NCBI RefSeq assembly: GCF_036365525.1 | Contig: NC_090383.1 | Coordinates: 119,848,531-119,912,530 of the forward strand | Direction: 5' to 3' | DNA: 64,000 nucleotides | Source of the DNA: Heterodontus francisci | Taxonomy: Eukaryota | Shown: one piece after another, positions 48,661-60,089 of the stretch | Numbering within the stretch: the stretch's first letter is position 1 | Layout: each line of letters starts with the position of its first letter | Notes under the pieces: model-generated | The model's database searches: none | The model's input: the letters and a program-made list of their open reading frames with translations, nothing else | Told to the model about the DNA's origin: nothing | Translations under genes and position numbers: made by a program

Positions 48661-49594
48661 GTAAGATACACAGAAGCTGGACAAGAGGCAGGAGTGGAGG
48701 AGGAGTGGGGGCAGAGGGTATATGAAGGGTTTGACTGTATTATCTGTTGTGTGCAGTGGTGGAAACCTGGGATGGTACTGAGCACTGTTGTTGATTCAGC
48801 AAGGACAACATTCAACCTCGATCTGATAAAGGAAAGATTCCTGTTCAGTTTTATTTTAATCCAGTTCCATGCACAGTGTCACATACACACACAGACACAA
48901 TCTCTGCATTACTTTCTATTCCAAAGAAACTCTAGCTTTTGAATTTGGGAAGTTTCCTCCGGGAATTCGGTCTGCTCATTTGTCCTTGCTCTGACCCCTT
49001 CCCAATTTCCCTGATGTAAAGTAATTGTGAGTATTTGGATGGGTCACTCATGGTTCTAGCGGGATGTCAGAGTGGCACCTTGCCCATTCCGGAGGGGTGA
49101 GGTGGGGATTGGTCTAGTGTAAGTGTTAATCTGAAAGTTGTTTGCCTCATCTTTGTTGCTGTGCAGCTGTCTCATTCTGATTGGATACAGGATTGTGGGG
49201 TCCACATGGCAATGACCCTGCCTCCAGTCTGACATCACAGTAGGGGAGGGGTCAAGAATGCTCCACACCTCCTTTCTCAGAGTTTCTTATTACTGGTAAA
49301 TGGGGTGAAAACTCTTACTGTCTGCTCCCGCTGTGCTGAAATTACCCTATCCCCAAAACTATTTCAGGAATTTCAGCGGTGCCAACTTTGGGAGTTTGTG
49401 CCCAACACTGTTGGGTGCCAAAAGGGCCTGGAGATGAGAGCAGTTGAAGAAACTAAACACAGCAGCAAAACGTTCTTCCGAGACAGGAAATGAGTGGTTA
49501 GAACACTCTTCGATAAAAGTGGTGGTGAACTTTAGGATCAGATAAATTATGAATAATTTCTAGAGTAATTCACTGATGATAACTCAAATATAAA

Positions 49595-50010
49595 AGAAAG
49601 AACTTGCCTTTCACACCCTGAGGATGTCCCCAATCCTTTCATAGATAATGAAGTGTGGTCAAGCTCTTATAGTGCAGGACCTGTGACAGCCAATCTGTGC
49701 ACAGCAACAGCAATGTGATAATGACCCCAAAATCAGTTTCTCGTGATGTTGATTGAGGGATATATATTGGTCAAGACACTGGGGCAACTCCCCTGCTCTT
49801 CTTCAAATAGTGCCCTGGGATCTTTGTATTCACCTGAGAGAACTTTGGTTTAATGTTTCATCAGAAGGATGGCACCTCTGGCAGTACTACACACCCTCAG
49901 TACTGCACTGGAGTATCAGCCTCAAATCTCCCAAATCCTGGAGTGGGCCTTCAACCCATGACCATCTGATCCAGAGGTGTAAGTGCCACCCACTGAACCA
50001 CAGCTGACAT
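49595..50010 (-). mobile_element. Deu-domain SINE (SacSINE1/AmnSINE-like)
   Basis: acagccaat.tgtgcacagcaa...aatgtgataatgacc...gatgttgattgagggata; homologous to 59078-59270 and 60080-60470. Confidence 0.65.
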
Positions 50011-50212
50011 CTTCATTCAGTTGTTGTCTGGGTAATTTTGGCAGCACATGGCTGTGCAGAGGCTCATGTTGCTCGGGACGTCCTTCACAAGCACAGTGTG
50101 ATTATTTATTTTCTATTTGGATGGGGACCTGTGCAGCAAATTCCTCAGGATTTAACACAGATTGCTGAACGGAGCTACATTTTAACATTTCCAACCCACC
50201 TGTCATTCTCAG

Positions 50213-50384
50213 GAATATCTGACTTTTAATGCAATCGCAGAGAATCCCACCTCACCACCTTCAACAACAGGCCTGCACACAAAACTTGGCAAGGTCGAGA
50301 GAGCTATTGAAAGACTGTCTGCTCTTATCAAAGAGCATTTCCAATCTGCGTGGATGAAGAATCTGGAGAATACAACTTCCACAG
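50213..50384 (+). CDS. TRIM gene exon 4 (linker, 172 nt)
   Basis: tgtcattctcag acceptor, CAG|GTCAGT donor, open phase 0-1; EYLTFNAIAE...KVERAIERLSALIKEHF... Confidence 0.82.
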
Positions 50385-51197
50385 GTCAGTCACCGGGCAC
50401 ATTCCCTTCCTAACTTAAATAAGGCACATTGCCCAAATTGCCGAGGCTGATTTAACCCTTGCAGGAATATCAGATCTCCACAACTGCTGCTTGTAAATGG
50501 GTCAGTGACAATGAAGGCTCTTGCATGTTAGCTGTTGAGACCACTCCCAATTATCAGCACCTTTTAGGAGGGGGTCTCAATAGCAGGGTCCCAGTTAAAG
50601 ACGGACCTGGACAATTAGGTGACCTTTTAAAGAGGGAGTCTCACTATCAGAAGAGGAAATCTGGTTGTCAGGATCCCATTTATTCTCCTTCACTTTCCTC
50701 TCTTACCCTTTCTTCCCAAGCAATAGGGAAAGGATCCGAAATAAGCACTGATTGCCTCAAACGTCCCCATTCTTCAGCTTTGAGTATGGATAGAGAAATG
50801 CTGACTGTTTGTTCACCCATGGGTGACAGTCAATAAGAAGCTCACTATTGTCCCTATTCAATATCTACACAAGGCCACATCTCAGTAGAACTTCTGGATA
50901 ACAAGTTGAAGCAAATCCCTGTTTTGCAGCCACATGAAAAGATTAATTTAATATTTCTGCAAGTTTTATGAAGGGATTTCTTTCAAGAGTCAGCAGGTGG
51001 TTTATTCAGTGAGACCCCACCCTTTACCTCCCAACCAGTTTAACTTCTCGCAATCCAGTTGATACGAGGACCAAATCCACAGAACAACATTGCTCACAAT
51101 CCTAAACAGATTGTCACTCAGAAAATCTCACTCAGAGAGGCCAGTGTGATGGAAAATGTAAAACTCACATGGCTGAAGTAGAGTGTACTCTTTGAAC

Positions 51198-51373
51198 AGC
51201 GTAGAGGGAGCTTTACTCTGTATCTAACCCCCATGCTGTCCCTGTCCTGGGAGTGTTTGATAGGGACAGTGTAGAGGGAGCTTTACTCTGTATCTAACCC
51301 CCATGCTGTCCCTGTCCTGGGAGTGTTTGATGGGGACAGTGTAGAGGGAGCTTTACTCTGTATCTAACCCTGT
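51198..51373. repeat. ~70-bp tandem repeat, left half (target of the Tx1 element)
   Basis: gtagagggagctttactctgtatctaacccccatgctgtccctgtcctgggagtgtttgatggggacagt x2.5. Confidence 0.92.
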
Positions 51374-54300
51374 TTTTTTCTTCTTTTTTAAAAAATCTTT
51401 TTTTTATAAGGTGGCCTTCATACCCCAGACCACTTTGATATATTTTATGTCGAGGGGGCCTTTATTCCTCAGGGCCCCTTGAGATACATTTTTGAAAAGT
51501 AACTTTATTAAAATCAAATGAACAAAAAACTCAAATTAAATTGCCATTCTTGGTGTCGACAATGTACTCCAGTCCCTGCGGTGCCCACCGGTCACGGAAG
51601 GCCTCAAGCCTACCGGCTGACACCGCATGTTCCTTCTCCAAGGACACGCGGGCATGAACGTAGCCGCGGAAGAGGGGCAGGCAATCGGGAAGGACGGACC
51701 CCCCGACAGCCCGCAGCCTGGACCTGTGAATTGCCACCTTGGCCAGACGCAGGAACAGACCAACGAGGAGATCCTCCTCCCGGCCCAAGCCCCTCCTCAC
51801 TGGGTGCCCAAAGATCAGGAGCGTGGGACTGAAGTGCAGCCAGAACCTGAGGAGCAGCCCCTTCAAATAGTTAAAGAGGGACTGCAACCTCGCACACTCC
51901 ATATATACATGGAACATGGACTCGTCCAGGCCGCAGAAAGTACAGGTGGCCTGGGAGTCCGTGAACCTACTTAAAAGTCGATTGCACGGGACTGCTCTGT
52001 GCAGCACCCTCCACCCCAGGTCCCCGATATAAAGGGGGAAGACTCCCACGTAGAGAGACCTCCATCGAGGTTTTCCCTCGCTGTCAGATGGCAACGCGAA
52101 CTGCCAGGGCGTGTCCGGCCGGCTGACGAGGGCGAGGAAGTGAAGAGTGTGCAGGAGCTGCCCGTACAGGAAACCCCTCCGCGCCGATTGGAATGGCACG
52201 GATGGCATTTCCGAGAGGCGGCTCGGGTTGTGCGGGACCGGCTCCCGAGGAGGGGTTCGGGGCCTAGGTCTGATGAGCAGTTCTGGACGAGCGAGGGTCA
52301 GCTCGGCCATGAGCGCTCTGCTCTCCCGAGCCCCCTCGCCACCCGCAGTGAGGGGCGTCCTGGGTGCTTCGACTACTCCTCCGCCCGCCGGTCCGTCCCC
52401 GGAGTCGGCCACCCGGACATCCGAAGCGCTCTCCTCCGCCAGCGGGGGAGCGCCCTGACTGGAGGCGACCATGTTCCAGACTCGGAATCGATCCCGGTAA
52501 AAGACAGGCAACTCCCTCAGAGAGGTGCGGCTAACGGTCTCCACTGGGAGCTGCGTGTCATCTTGAAAGCAGTGACACAGGCGGAAAAAATACGCCGCCA
52601 GCGCATACCATCTGGGAGGACGCTCGACGTACAGGTATCTCTGCAGGGTCTGAAGGCGGAGAGTCGCAGCCTGGGTGCGGACGCACACCAGCAACTGGCC
52701 ACCCTCCTCGATCAGGAGACTCAGGACCGCGGCAGAGACCCAGTGTTTCCTCTTGCCCCAGAAGAAATCGATGACTTTCTTCTGGACCTTGGTGGCAATG
52801 CAGGGGGCGGGGCCAAAGTGACCAACCGGTACCACAGCATCGAGGCCCCATTTCTCCCAATTGATCCTCGCGGAGGATGCGGCAGAAAAGGTCTGCTGGC
52901 AGTCGCGCATCCTCCGCAAGTCAACAGGATCTGTGAACGCGAGGAGCATGTCGTCGGCGTAAGCCGAGAGGACGACCCGCATGGCCGGCTCGCGCAGAGC
53001 CAATCCCGTCAACCTCCTGCGAAGCAGGCACAGGAAGGGCTCCACGCAGATGGTATACAATTGGCCGGACATGGGGCTTCCCTGACGCACTCCTCTCCCA
53101 AAGCGAAGGGGCGCCGTCAGGGACCCGTTAACCTTGACTAGACACTCTGCGGCGGCGTATAAAAGTCGGACCCGGGCCACGAAATGCGGCCCGAGTCCGA
53201 AAGCGCGCAGAGTCCCGAAAAGGTATTCATAGAAACATAGAAAATAGGAGCAGGAGTAGGCCATTCGGTCCTTTGAGCCTGCTCAGTCTGTCATTGTGAT
53301 CATGGCTGATCATCCAACTCAGTAACCTGTTCCCACTTTCGCCCCATACCCTTTGATCCCTTTAGACCCAAGAGCTATATCTAACTCCTTCTTGAAAACA
53401 TACAATGTTTTGGCCTCAACTGCTTTCTGTGGTAGCGAATTCCACAGGTTCACCACTGTCTGGGTGAAGAAATTTCTCCTCTTCTCAGTCCTGAAAGGTT
53501 TACCCTGTATCCTTAGACTATGACCCTTGGTTCTGCCCCCCCCCCCCCCACCATTGGGAACATCCTTCCTGCCAAGTCTTGTTAGAATTGTATAGGTTGC
53601 TATGAGATCCCCCATCACTCTTCTGAACTCCAGCGAATATAATCCGAACCGACTCAATCTCTCCTCATACGTCAGTCCCGCCATCCCAGGAATCAGTTTG
53701 GTAAACCTTCGCTGCGCTCCCTCTAACGCAAGAATATCCTTCCTCAGATAAGGAGACCAAAACTGCACACAATATTCCAGGTGTGGCCTCACCAAGGCCT
53801 TTGATTCCCTTGCCTAACAAGAACCTATCAACCTCCACCTTAAAAATATTCAATGACCCTGCCTCCACCACCTTCTGAGGTAGAAGAAGGGTGAAGTGTG
53901 GTCCAAATCTTCCAGGATCTGGATCCGCGACCTCACGTATGCGCCTCAGGACCCTATGAGCTGTAGGTCCCTCAGCGCACCCTTCTTCTCTTTGTACGCC
54001 TGCCACAGGGCCGGGTCCACGACGGCATGACTGAGGCGGGACTCCAAGTCGAGCACCTCCCTCTTTAGGCGCCCAATCTCGGCTTCCCGCCTCTTGGTCG
54101 ACCCCGTCGTGTACTCCTGACAGACGACGCGGATGTGAGTCTTGCCCAGATCCCACCATAGCCTCAAGGAGGGGAAGCCCCCCTGCTTCCTTCTCCAGTC
54201 GGCCCAGAATCGATGGAACGAATCCCGGAATCACTTGACCTCCAGTGAACTCCACCCACACCAGGTGGTGGTCCAAGCACAGAACCAGCTGCGTGGAGGC

Positions 54301-57300
54301 TGCTGAGATGCGGGAGACATGCACCTGAGAAATGTAGAGGAGGTCAATTCAGGACCCTCCTCCTCCAGATCTCAATCTGAAGGCACTGGAGTCGGGATGG
54401 AGATTCCGCCAGACGTCCACCAAGTTGAGGGAGCTGATCAGTTCCCTCAACTTCTCCACCAATGCTTGGCCGCGCTGGGGACTGGAGCGATCGCTCACCT
54501 TGAGGGTGCAGTTAAAATTCTTCCCGAGAATGATGCATTCGCCGCTATAGATAGAGCTCAAGAGAGCGGACACTTCTTTAATGAAGCGCGCTTGCAACGC
54601 GCCGGGTCTGGGCGCGTACACGTTCACAAAGTGGAGCGGCACGCTACCCAGGCGTACGGCAAGGTGGAGCAAACAGCCTGGCCCGAGCTCCTTGACCCCC
54701 AAGATCTCTGGATGAAAAGTTGGGGCTAACAAGATAGCCATCCCACTAGAAATAGGGGTGCGAAGACTCATGTAGACCCCAAACTGCCACTCCAGGAGCT
54801 AGGTGACTTCGTCTCCCTGAATTGTGTGGGTTTCCTGCAGAAAGCTCACCGCGTATCTCCCTTCCCTGAGGACTGAGAGATTGTGAAATCTACGGAGAGA
54901 CCATCTGCTGCCGTTGATGTTGAGGCTGGCTATGGTTATCTTCATATCAAAGGTACTTAAAAACCATCACCAACACCTCACTGTGAGGAGGGATCAAAAG
55001 CGCATCTTGCCCTCCACTCCCCCAGCAACCTATTGAGGAACGCGTTAAACCGGTGCCTCTCAATCAGTTTCACGCCCACACCCTTCCCCACCTTCTTGAG
55101 GGTGGCACAGACAGACAGGATGATTCGCGCTCGTCTCGACCAGCGGCTGAGGGCCAGCTGAACTTCACTGCGGCAACCCCTGCATGCCACGAGGAAGTTC
55201 TGGAGTTCCGCGGTGGGGATGAGAGGAGACTCAGTGGGAGGCACGAGGGAGTCCACTGCCTCACTGGCGATGAATTCAAGGTCGTCCTCCGTGCCCCACA
55301 CCGAGTCCCCATCTTCCTGCAGGTCATCACTGCCAGTGGCCGCCACATTCACTACATACGTTGGGGCAAATGCCCCGGCTGCACCAGCTGGTCCCGCCTC
55401 CATCATGATCTCACCCCCAGGATTGATGGCGGAGGAGTCCTCTCTGGGTTCTTCTGTGAAACTGGAGCCTATGGGTGCCAAAAGTTCAGGGCCCCCCTCC
55501 ATCACCGTCCCCAGGCCCACGAGCGACCCAGGGGAGATAGTAGTTCCCAGACTCCGGAAATCCAGCCGGAGCCGGGACCGGAGGCAGAGAGAGGAGGTCA
55601 TTTCCCACACGCCAGCGCCCACTGGCCCAGCAGATGGGGCAACATTTTCAACCATAACTGGGTCGGGTACATCATGGTCCGGAGTGGATTTTGACTGGGA
55701 AGGCTGAACCTTTGGGGCCTCGCCCTCCCCTTCACTCAAGGCACCCGACCCAGTGGCAGAATGGGAGGCTTCTTCAGGAACGTCCCCAGGCTCCCCCACC
55801 ACATGCAGGGCTCCACTTGCTCGTTCAGGAGGGGCCACATGTACAGGGGTCTTCCCCTCCCCTCCATCCTAAGGGGTAGGGTGCTCCTGCCCAGACTTTA
55901 CAGCCTTGATGGTGGTGGTGGCAGGGGGAATCTGGGGATTCGAACCAGGAGACAGCTCCCCTCCAGTAGATGGGCCCTGCACCTCATGGCCCTGTGTTCC
56001 CTCTGTGGACGGGTGCCTTCTCCTCTTTTTCCCACTGGGCCGCGGAGGCACAGAGACTGCCATGTCATCAGGGGCCTCCACCACTGCACTCTCCTTTTGC
56101 CTGGTTACCTTCGGCCTGCGCCCAGCCCTGGGGCAAGCGGGTTCCCTGGGATCGGGCCTTAGGCTGAGCCCATGCTTGGGTTGTGCCACGGTGTCCAGGG
56201 GACAAGCCTCTCGGTGTTTATTCTTTCTCCGCGTCTTCCCTCCACTCGGACGGGCTCTCGCCTCCGTGCTGGAGGCCGTGAAAACCACAGCCTCCAGAAC
56301 CGCCTGAGCGGTGTCTGTTGGAGGTGTAGGGGGGGTGGGAGGGGGCGCAGCGGGGCCACCCTGGGCTGCCAAAGTGGAGTTGGCGGCTGGGAGGTTGGGA
56401 CAGTTCTTTCGAACATGCCCCACCCCCTTGCAAGCATGGCACCACGCCCCGTCCAAGGTCCAGAAGACACGGTAGGTCGTCTCCTGGAACTGAACAGCAA
56501 AATGGCTCTCTGACACCACATCCCGCGCCAGCTGTATGAATAGCTGGCGGCGGAAGGAGTAGACATGTCGGAGGCTGTTCTCCCGAAGGCCGAGTGGGAC
56601 TGGGGTGATTCCCAACCTCACCTCCCCCAGATGGTGCAGGTGGGGGAGGAGGAGCTCATTGGGAATAAAGGGCGGGATGTTCGATAGAATCACATGCTGT
56701 GCAGTGGCCTCCAGAGGGTCCACTGGCAGGAAAGTCCCGCCCACGGTGAGCCCCCTGCTCAGGGCCAGGGCCACTGCCCACTCAGTCTTCAGGATAAACA
56801 CTGCCTTCCCGTACATCTTTGAGGCTGCAACAATAGCCAAGGGGCCGACAATCTCAGCCATTGCCTTAACGCATGCCTCAGTAGTCATGGTTGGGTGGGT
56901 GTAACTCTTCACCCCAAGCTTTGAAGTGAAGATTTTAAATGGTGACGGAGATACAGGAGTGGCTGCAGCATAGGAAGGTCCCTCCACTGGAGAGGACTGT
57001 GAAGCCATGGGGTAGAAGAGTCACACCCACCGTTAAATAAAATAGAGTTTGAGAGAAAGGAGAAATAAAATAATCATGACAAGTAGTCCCACAAATAGTT
57101 TGCTGGGGGGGTTATCACGGGGGAGAGAGGCTGAAGGACAGGAAGGCCAGGAGGAATCATTCTCTTTGCAGATCTTATTTTCAAGGCAGTCCTTTCACTG
57201 GTCTTCCAGTTGTGGTGGCGGGGAGGGAGTGTGATGTCTCCACCTGGGATGGCTGTAAGCTCTCCGGGCACACTCTGCTTCTGGTATTGAGGGAAAACAG

Positions 57301-57710
57301 AAAAGAGAAAGTTTCTTCACCTGGGCAGCCCCAGCTATCCCGGGCTAGGTCGTTGGGGTGGGGAGGGAGCTCCCTGTTCGATGCTGTTAAACACAGGAGC
57401 TCCCTCTCCAAACAGCCCCACCCAAGGTCTTCAGGTCTCTTCTTTCCCCCTCCCCACAACAATCAATGAAAGGGCTTCAAAAAAACAAACTCACAAGAGC
57501 TGTCAGTTCTTTTGGCCTCTTGTTTTCCTCTTTTGTAGACAGGGATAGATGGAAAAATCTTCCTTAAAGTCTCAGTCTTCCTTTTACAGCAGTCACACAG
57601 CCTCCAGCTCCCAGCCTCCAACTCACAGTCAACAATCAGCAGTCAGCTGAGACTCATTGTGCACACACAGTCAGTGGTCCCAATCAGGCAGCAGCCAACC
57701 CAGTTTTTTT
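51374..57710 (-). mobile_element. Near-full-length Tx1-clade non-LTR retrotransposon (ORF1 + ORF2, disrupted), antisense in TRIM intron 4
   Basis: ORF1 57008-54978 (frameshift ~55850) with zinc knuckle CHACKGVGHVRKNC. ORF2 starts at 54945 (MKITIASLNING..., APE) with RT GVRQGSPMSGQLY / YADD and C-terminal CTFC...H....C, ending at 51531. T-rich (poly-A) end at 51374; CpG-rich. Confidence 0.92.
53227..53880 (-). mobile_element. Two joined CR1 3' fragments inserted in Tx1 ORF2
   Basis: catagaaacatagaaa tail, ORF 53319-53795 [14 protein letters not shown]...; 53798-53880 matches 6410-6490. Confidence 0.88.
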
Positions 57711-57955
57711 TGTAGTGGGAGCTTTAAGTTGTATCTCACCCCATTTTTTTCCCCTCTTTTTTCTCTATCTTTTTTTTCTAACCCTGTGCTGTCTAACCCT
57801 AACCTGCCCTGGGAGTGTTTGATGGGACAGTGTAGAGGGAGCTTTACTCTGTATTTAACCCTGTGCTGTACCTGTCCTGGGAGTGTTTGATGGGGACAGT
57901 GTCGAGGGAGCTTTACTCTGTATCTAACCCCTTGCTGTGCCTGTCCTGGGAGTTC
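57711..57955. repeat. ~70-bp tandem repeat, right half
   Basis: Same unit as 51198-51373, resuming at tctaaccctgtgctg. Confidence 0.9.
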
Positions 57956-58162
57956 TGATACTAACACAAGCTGGGGTGGTATGTCATGTTTAAAAGAAAA
58001 GAACACTGACATCCTCAGTGAGTAAGAAACCTGACAGACACATCAAATTTCTGAAGGTTTTCACAGTCTCTGAGCAACTGATTATTACAGTTTGTTAAAA
58101 TTCCCCAGTAGAATCTGTCCTTTTTCCTGAGGTTGTCCATTGATCTTTCGATGTGTTCACAG

Positions 58163-58258
58163 ATGAAGAAGAGAGAAATTCAAAACCCTCACTCAATGCA
58201 GCCCCCCAGGAACAGCCACTGTTCCTTGAAACAAGGAACAGGGAGGACCTGCTACAGT
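58163..58258 (+). CDS. TRIM gene exon 5 (96 nt)
   Basis: gtgttcacag acceptor, T|GTAAGT donor, phase 1-1; ends ETRNREDLLQ(Y), the finTRIM-type pre-PRY motif. Confidence 0.88.
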
Positions 58259-58416
58259 GTAAGTAATATTCAGCCACTTCCATATGAAGGGAGAGGGGGA
58301 GAGTGGGCTTGGTGGAGAGGGGGAGGTGAGACAGGGAAGGGAGAGGAGTGGGAAGAGAGAGGGTGAGAGGGAAGGAGGTGGGAGGGGGCAGAGAAGGAAT
58401 GGCCTTTTATTGCAAA

Positions 58417-58525
58417 CACGTTAACTCTGTTTCTCTCGCCACACATGCTGCCAGACCTGCTGAGTATTTCCAGTACTTCCTGTTTTCAGTTCAGATTTCC
58501 ACCCACCGCAGTATTTTGCTTTTAT
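58417..58525 (+). mobile_element. Short Penelope-terminus-like repeat (copy 4, inverted, partial)
   Basis: cgttaactctgtttctctc..acatgctgccagacctgctgagtatttccag...gcagtattttgctttta is the reverse complement of 3043-3150. Confidence 0.65.
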
Positions 58526-59077
58526 ACTGCTGCCAAAAGAGTTTATATAACCCTTATTTTACCTGTGCCCACAAGGGAAGAATGTGTGTTTTTGGGCAGA
58601 GAGACAGAGATAAAGTGGGACTACCCATTGTTTATCCACTGTGTATAGTGCTCTACCGTGTCCACCATTGTAAGCCCTGTGTGTTCAGGAATGGTGAGGC
58701 TGCCCCAGGCAGGTGGGGAAGAGGGGCCTTGTAAAGGTTTAAGTATTGGGGTCCGCAGATACAGTGTGGAATTTGAAATGTACAAATTGTACACTTTGAT
58801 GGTGCTGCCACAGAAATCTAAAAGTAAACAAGATCATAGCCACAAAGGAGCCCAGGTAGGATTGATACTTTGTTGGCCAAGAGGCCCAATGAGTTAACCT
58901 TGGTCTTCCTCTTCCCCAGGCCTCCCTCGACTACAACCCCCTTCCCCTCCTCAACACCCCTCAGCATCCTCAACTTGTCCTGGAAATGATCCCCCTCTAC
59001 TGCCACCCGCACCCGCCCCCCCCCCCCCCCCACTCCCCAGTCCTTACTTAGCTTGCAGGGGACTGTGTCCTTGGATA

Positions 59078-59487
59078 GAAAGAAAAACCTGCATTTCTAT
59101 AGCCTTTCACATCCACAGTATGTCCCAAAGCATTTTGCAGCCAATGAAGCACTTTTTGGAAGTGTAGTCACTGTTGTAATGTAGGAAATGTGGCAGCCAA
59201 TTTGCACACAGCAAGCTCCCACAAACAGCAATATGATAATGACCAGATCATCTGTTTTAGTGGTGTTGGTTCAAAGATCCCTTCCCTCCTTAAACCCTTC
59301 TGCCTCTCTAACTTTTCTCTTTGAAGATACTCCTGAAAATGTATCCCTTTGATCAAGCTTTTGGTCATCTGCCCTAATATTTCCTTATATATGTCTGGGT
59401 GTCATGTTTGATAATTGCTCTCGTAAAGTGCTTTGGGAGGTCATGCTACATTAAAGGTGCTGTATCAATGCAAGTTGTTGTTGTTGT
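59078..59487. mobile_element. Deu-SINE 3' part (-) joined to an L2 3' tail (+)
   Basis: 59078-59270 matches 60090-60240; 59280-59487 ends taaaggtgctgtatcaatgcaagttgttgttg. Confidence 0.7.
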
Positions 59488-59556
59488 CATGTAGACCCTG
59501 GACTGCTGCCTTTGCCTCACATTCTCAGCAGCCCTGACCTGTTATATTTCCTGCAG

Positions 59557-60089
59557 ATTGTTGCCGCATTACATTGGACCCCAGTACGGTCCAAAGGGAG
59601 CTGTATCTGAGCGAGGGAAGCCAGCAAGTGACTAACATCTACCCGAAGTCTGAGGACTATGAACAGTGCTCCGAAAGGTTTGACCTGTGCTCCCAGGTGC
59701 TCTGCAGGGAGAGTTTGAGTGCTGGCCAGTTTTACTGGGAGGTGGAGCTGAATGATGGGGATGCTATGATCGGGATCACTCACAAGCGGATCAGGAGGAA
59801 AGGATCGGACAATTACTGCATCCTTGGGCGGAATGATTTCTCCTGGTGCATTGAATTCTGGTACAATAATGTATCAGCATGGCATAATAATGAGGAGACA
59901 AAGCTGCAAGTGGGGAGGTACGAGCGGATTGGCTTGTGCCTGAACTGCCCAGCTGGGACCTTGTCCTTTTATGGTGTCTCTGATCAGATCTCCCTCATAC
60001 ACCAATTCCAAGCTGTCTTTAGCGAACCCATGCACCCAGCCTTTTGGATCTACTGCGACACGACTCTCAGCATTTGCCAGCTCACATAA
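59557..60089 (+). CDS. TRIM gene exon 6 (PRY-SPRY / B30.2 domain and stop)
   Basis: atttcctgcag acceptor, phase 1; (Y)CCRITLDPST...ERFD..SQVLC...FYWEVE...LGRNDFSW...GTLSFY...FSEPMHPAFW; TAA 60087-60089. Joined CDS is 1725 nt, 574 aa. Confidence 0.96.

Noticed and set aside
49368-49493. Alternative TRIM exon 4 (atttcag|GAATTTCAG..., EFQRCQLW...DRK*)
   Set aside because: Phase-compatible but ends in a stop with no TRIM-like similarity; 50213-50384 fits the phase and family pattern. Cannot be excluded as a minor terminal exon.
51999-53141. 380-aa + strand ORF and other ORFs antisense to the Tx1 element
   Set aside because: Shadow ORFs of a GC-rich retrotransposon coding strand.
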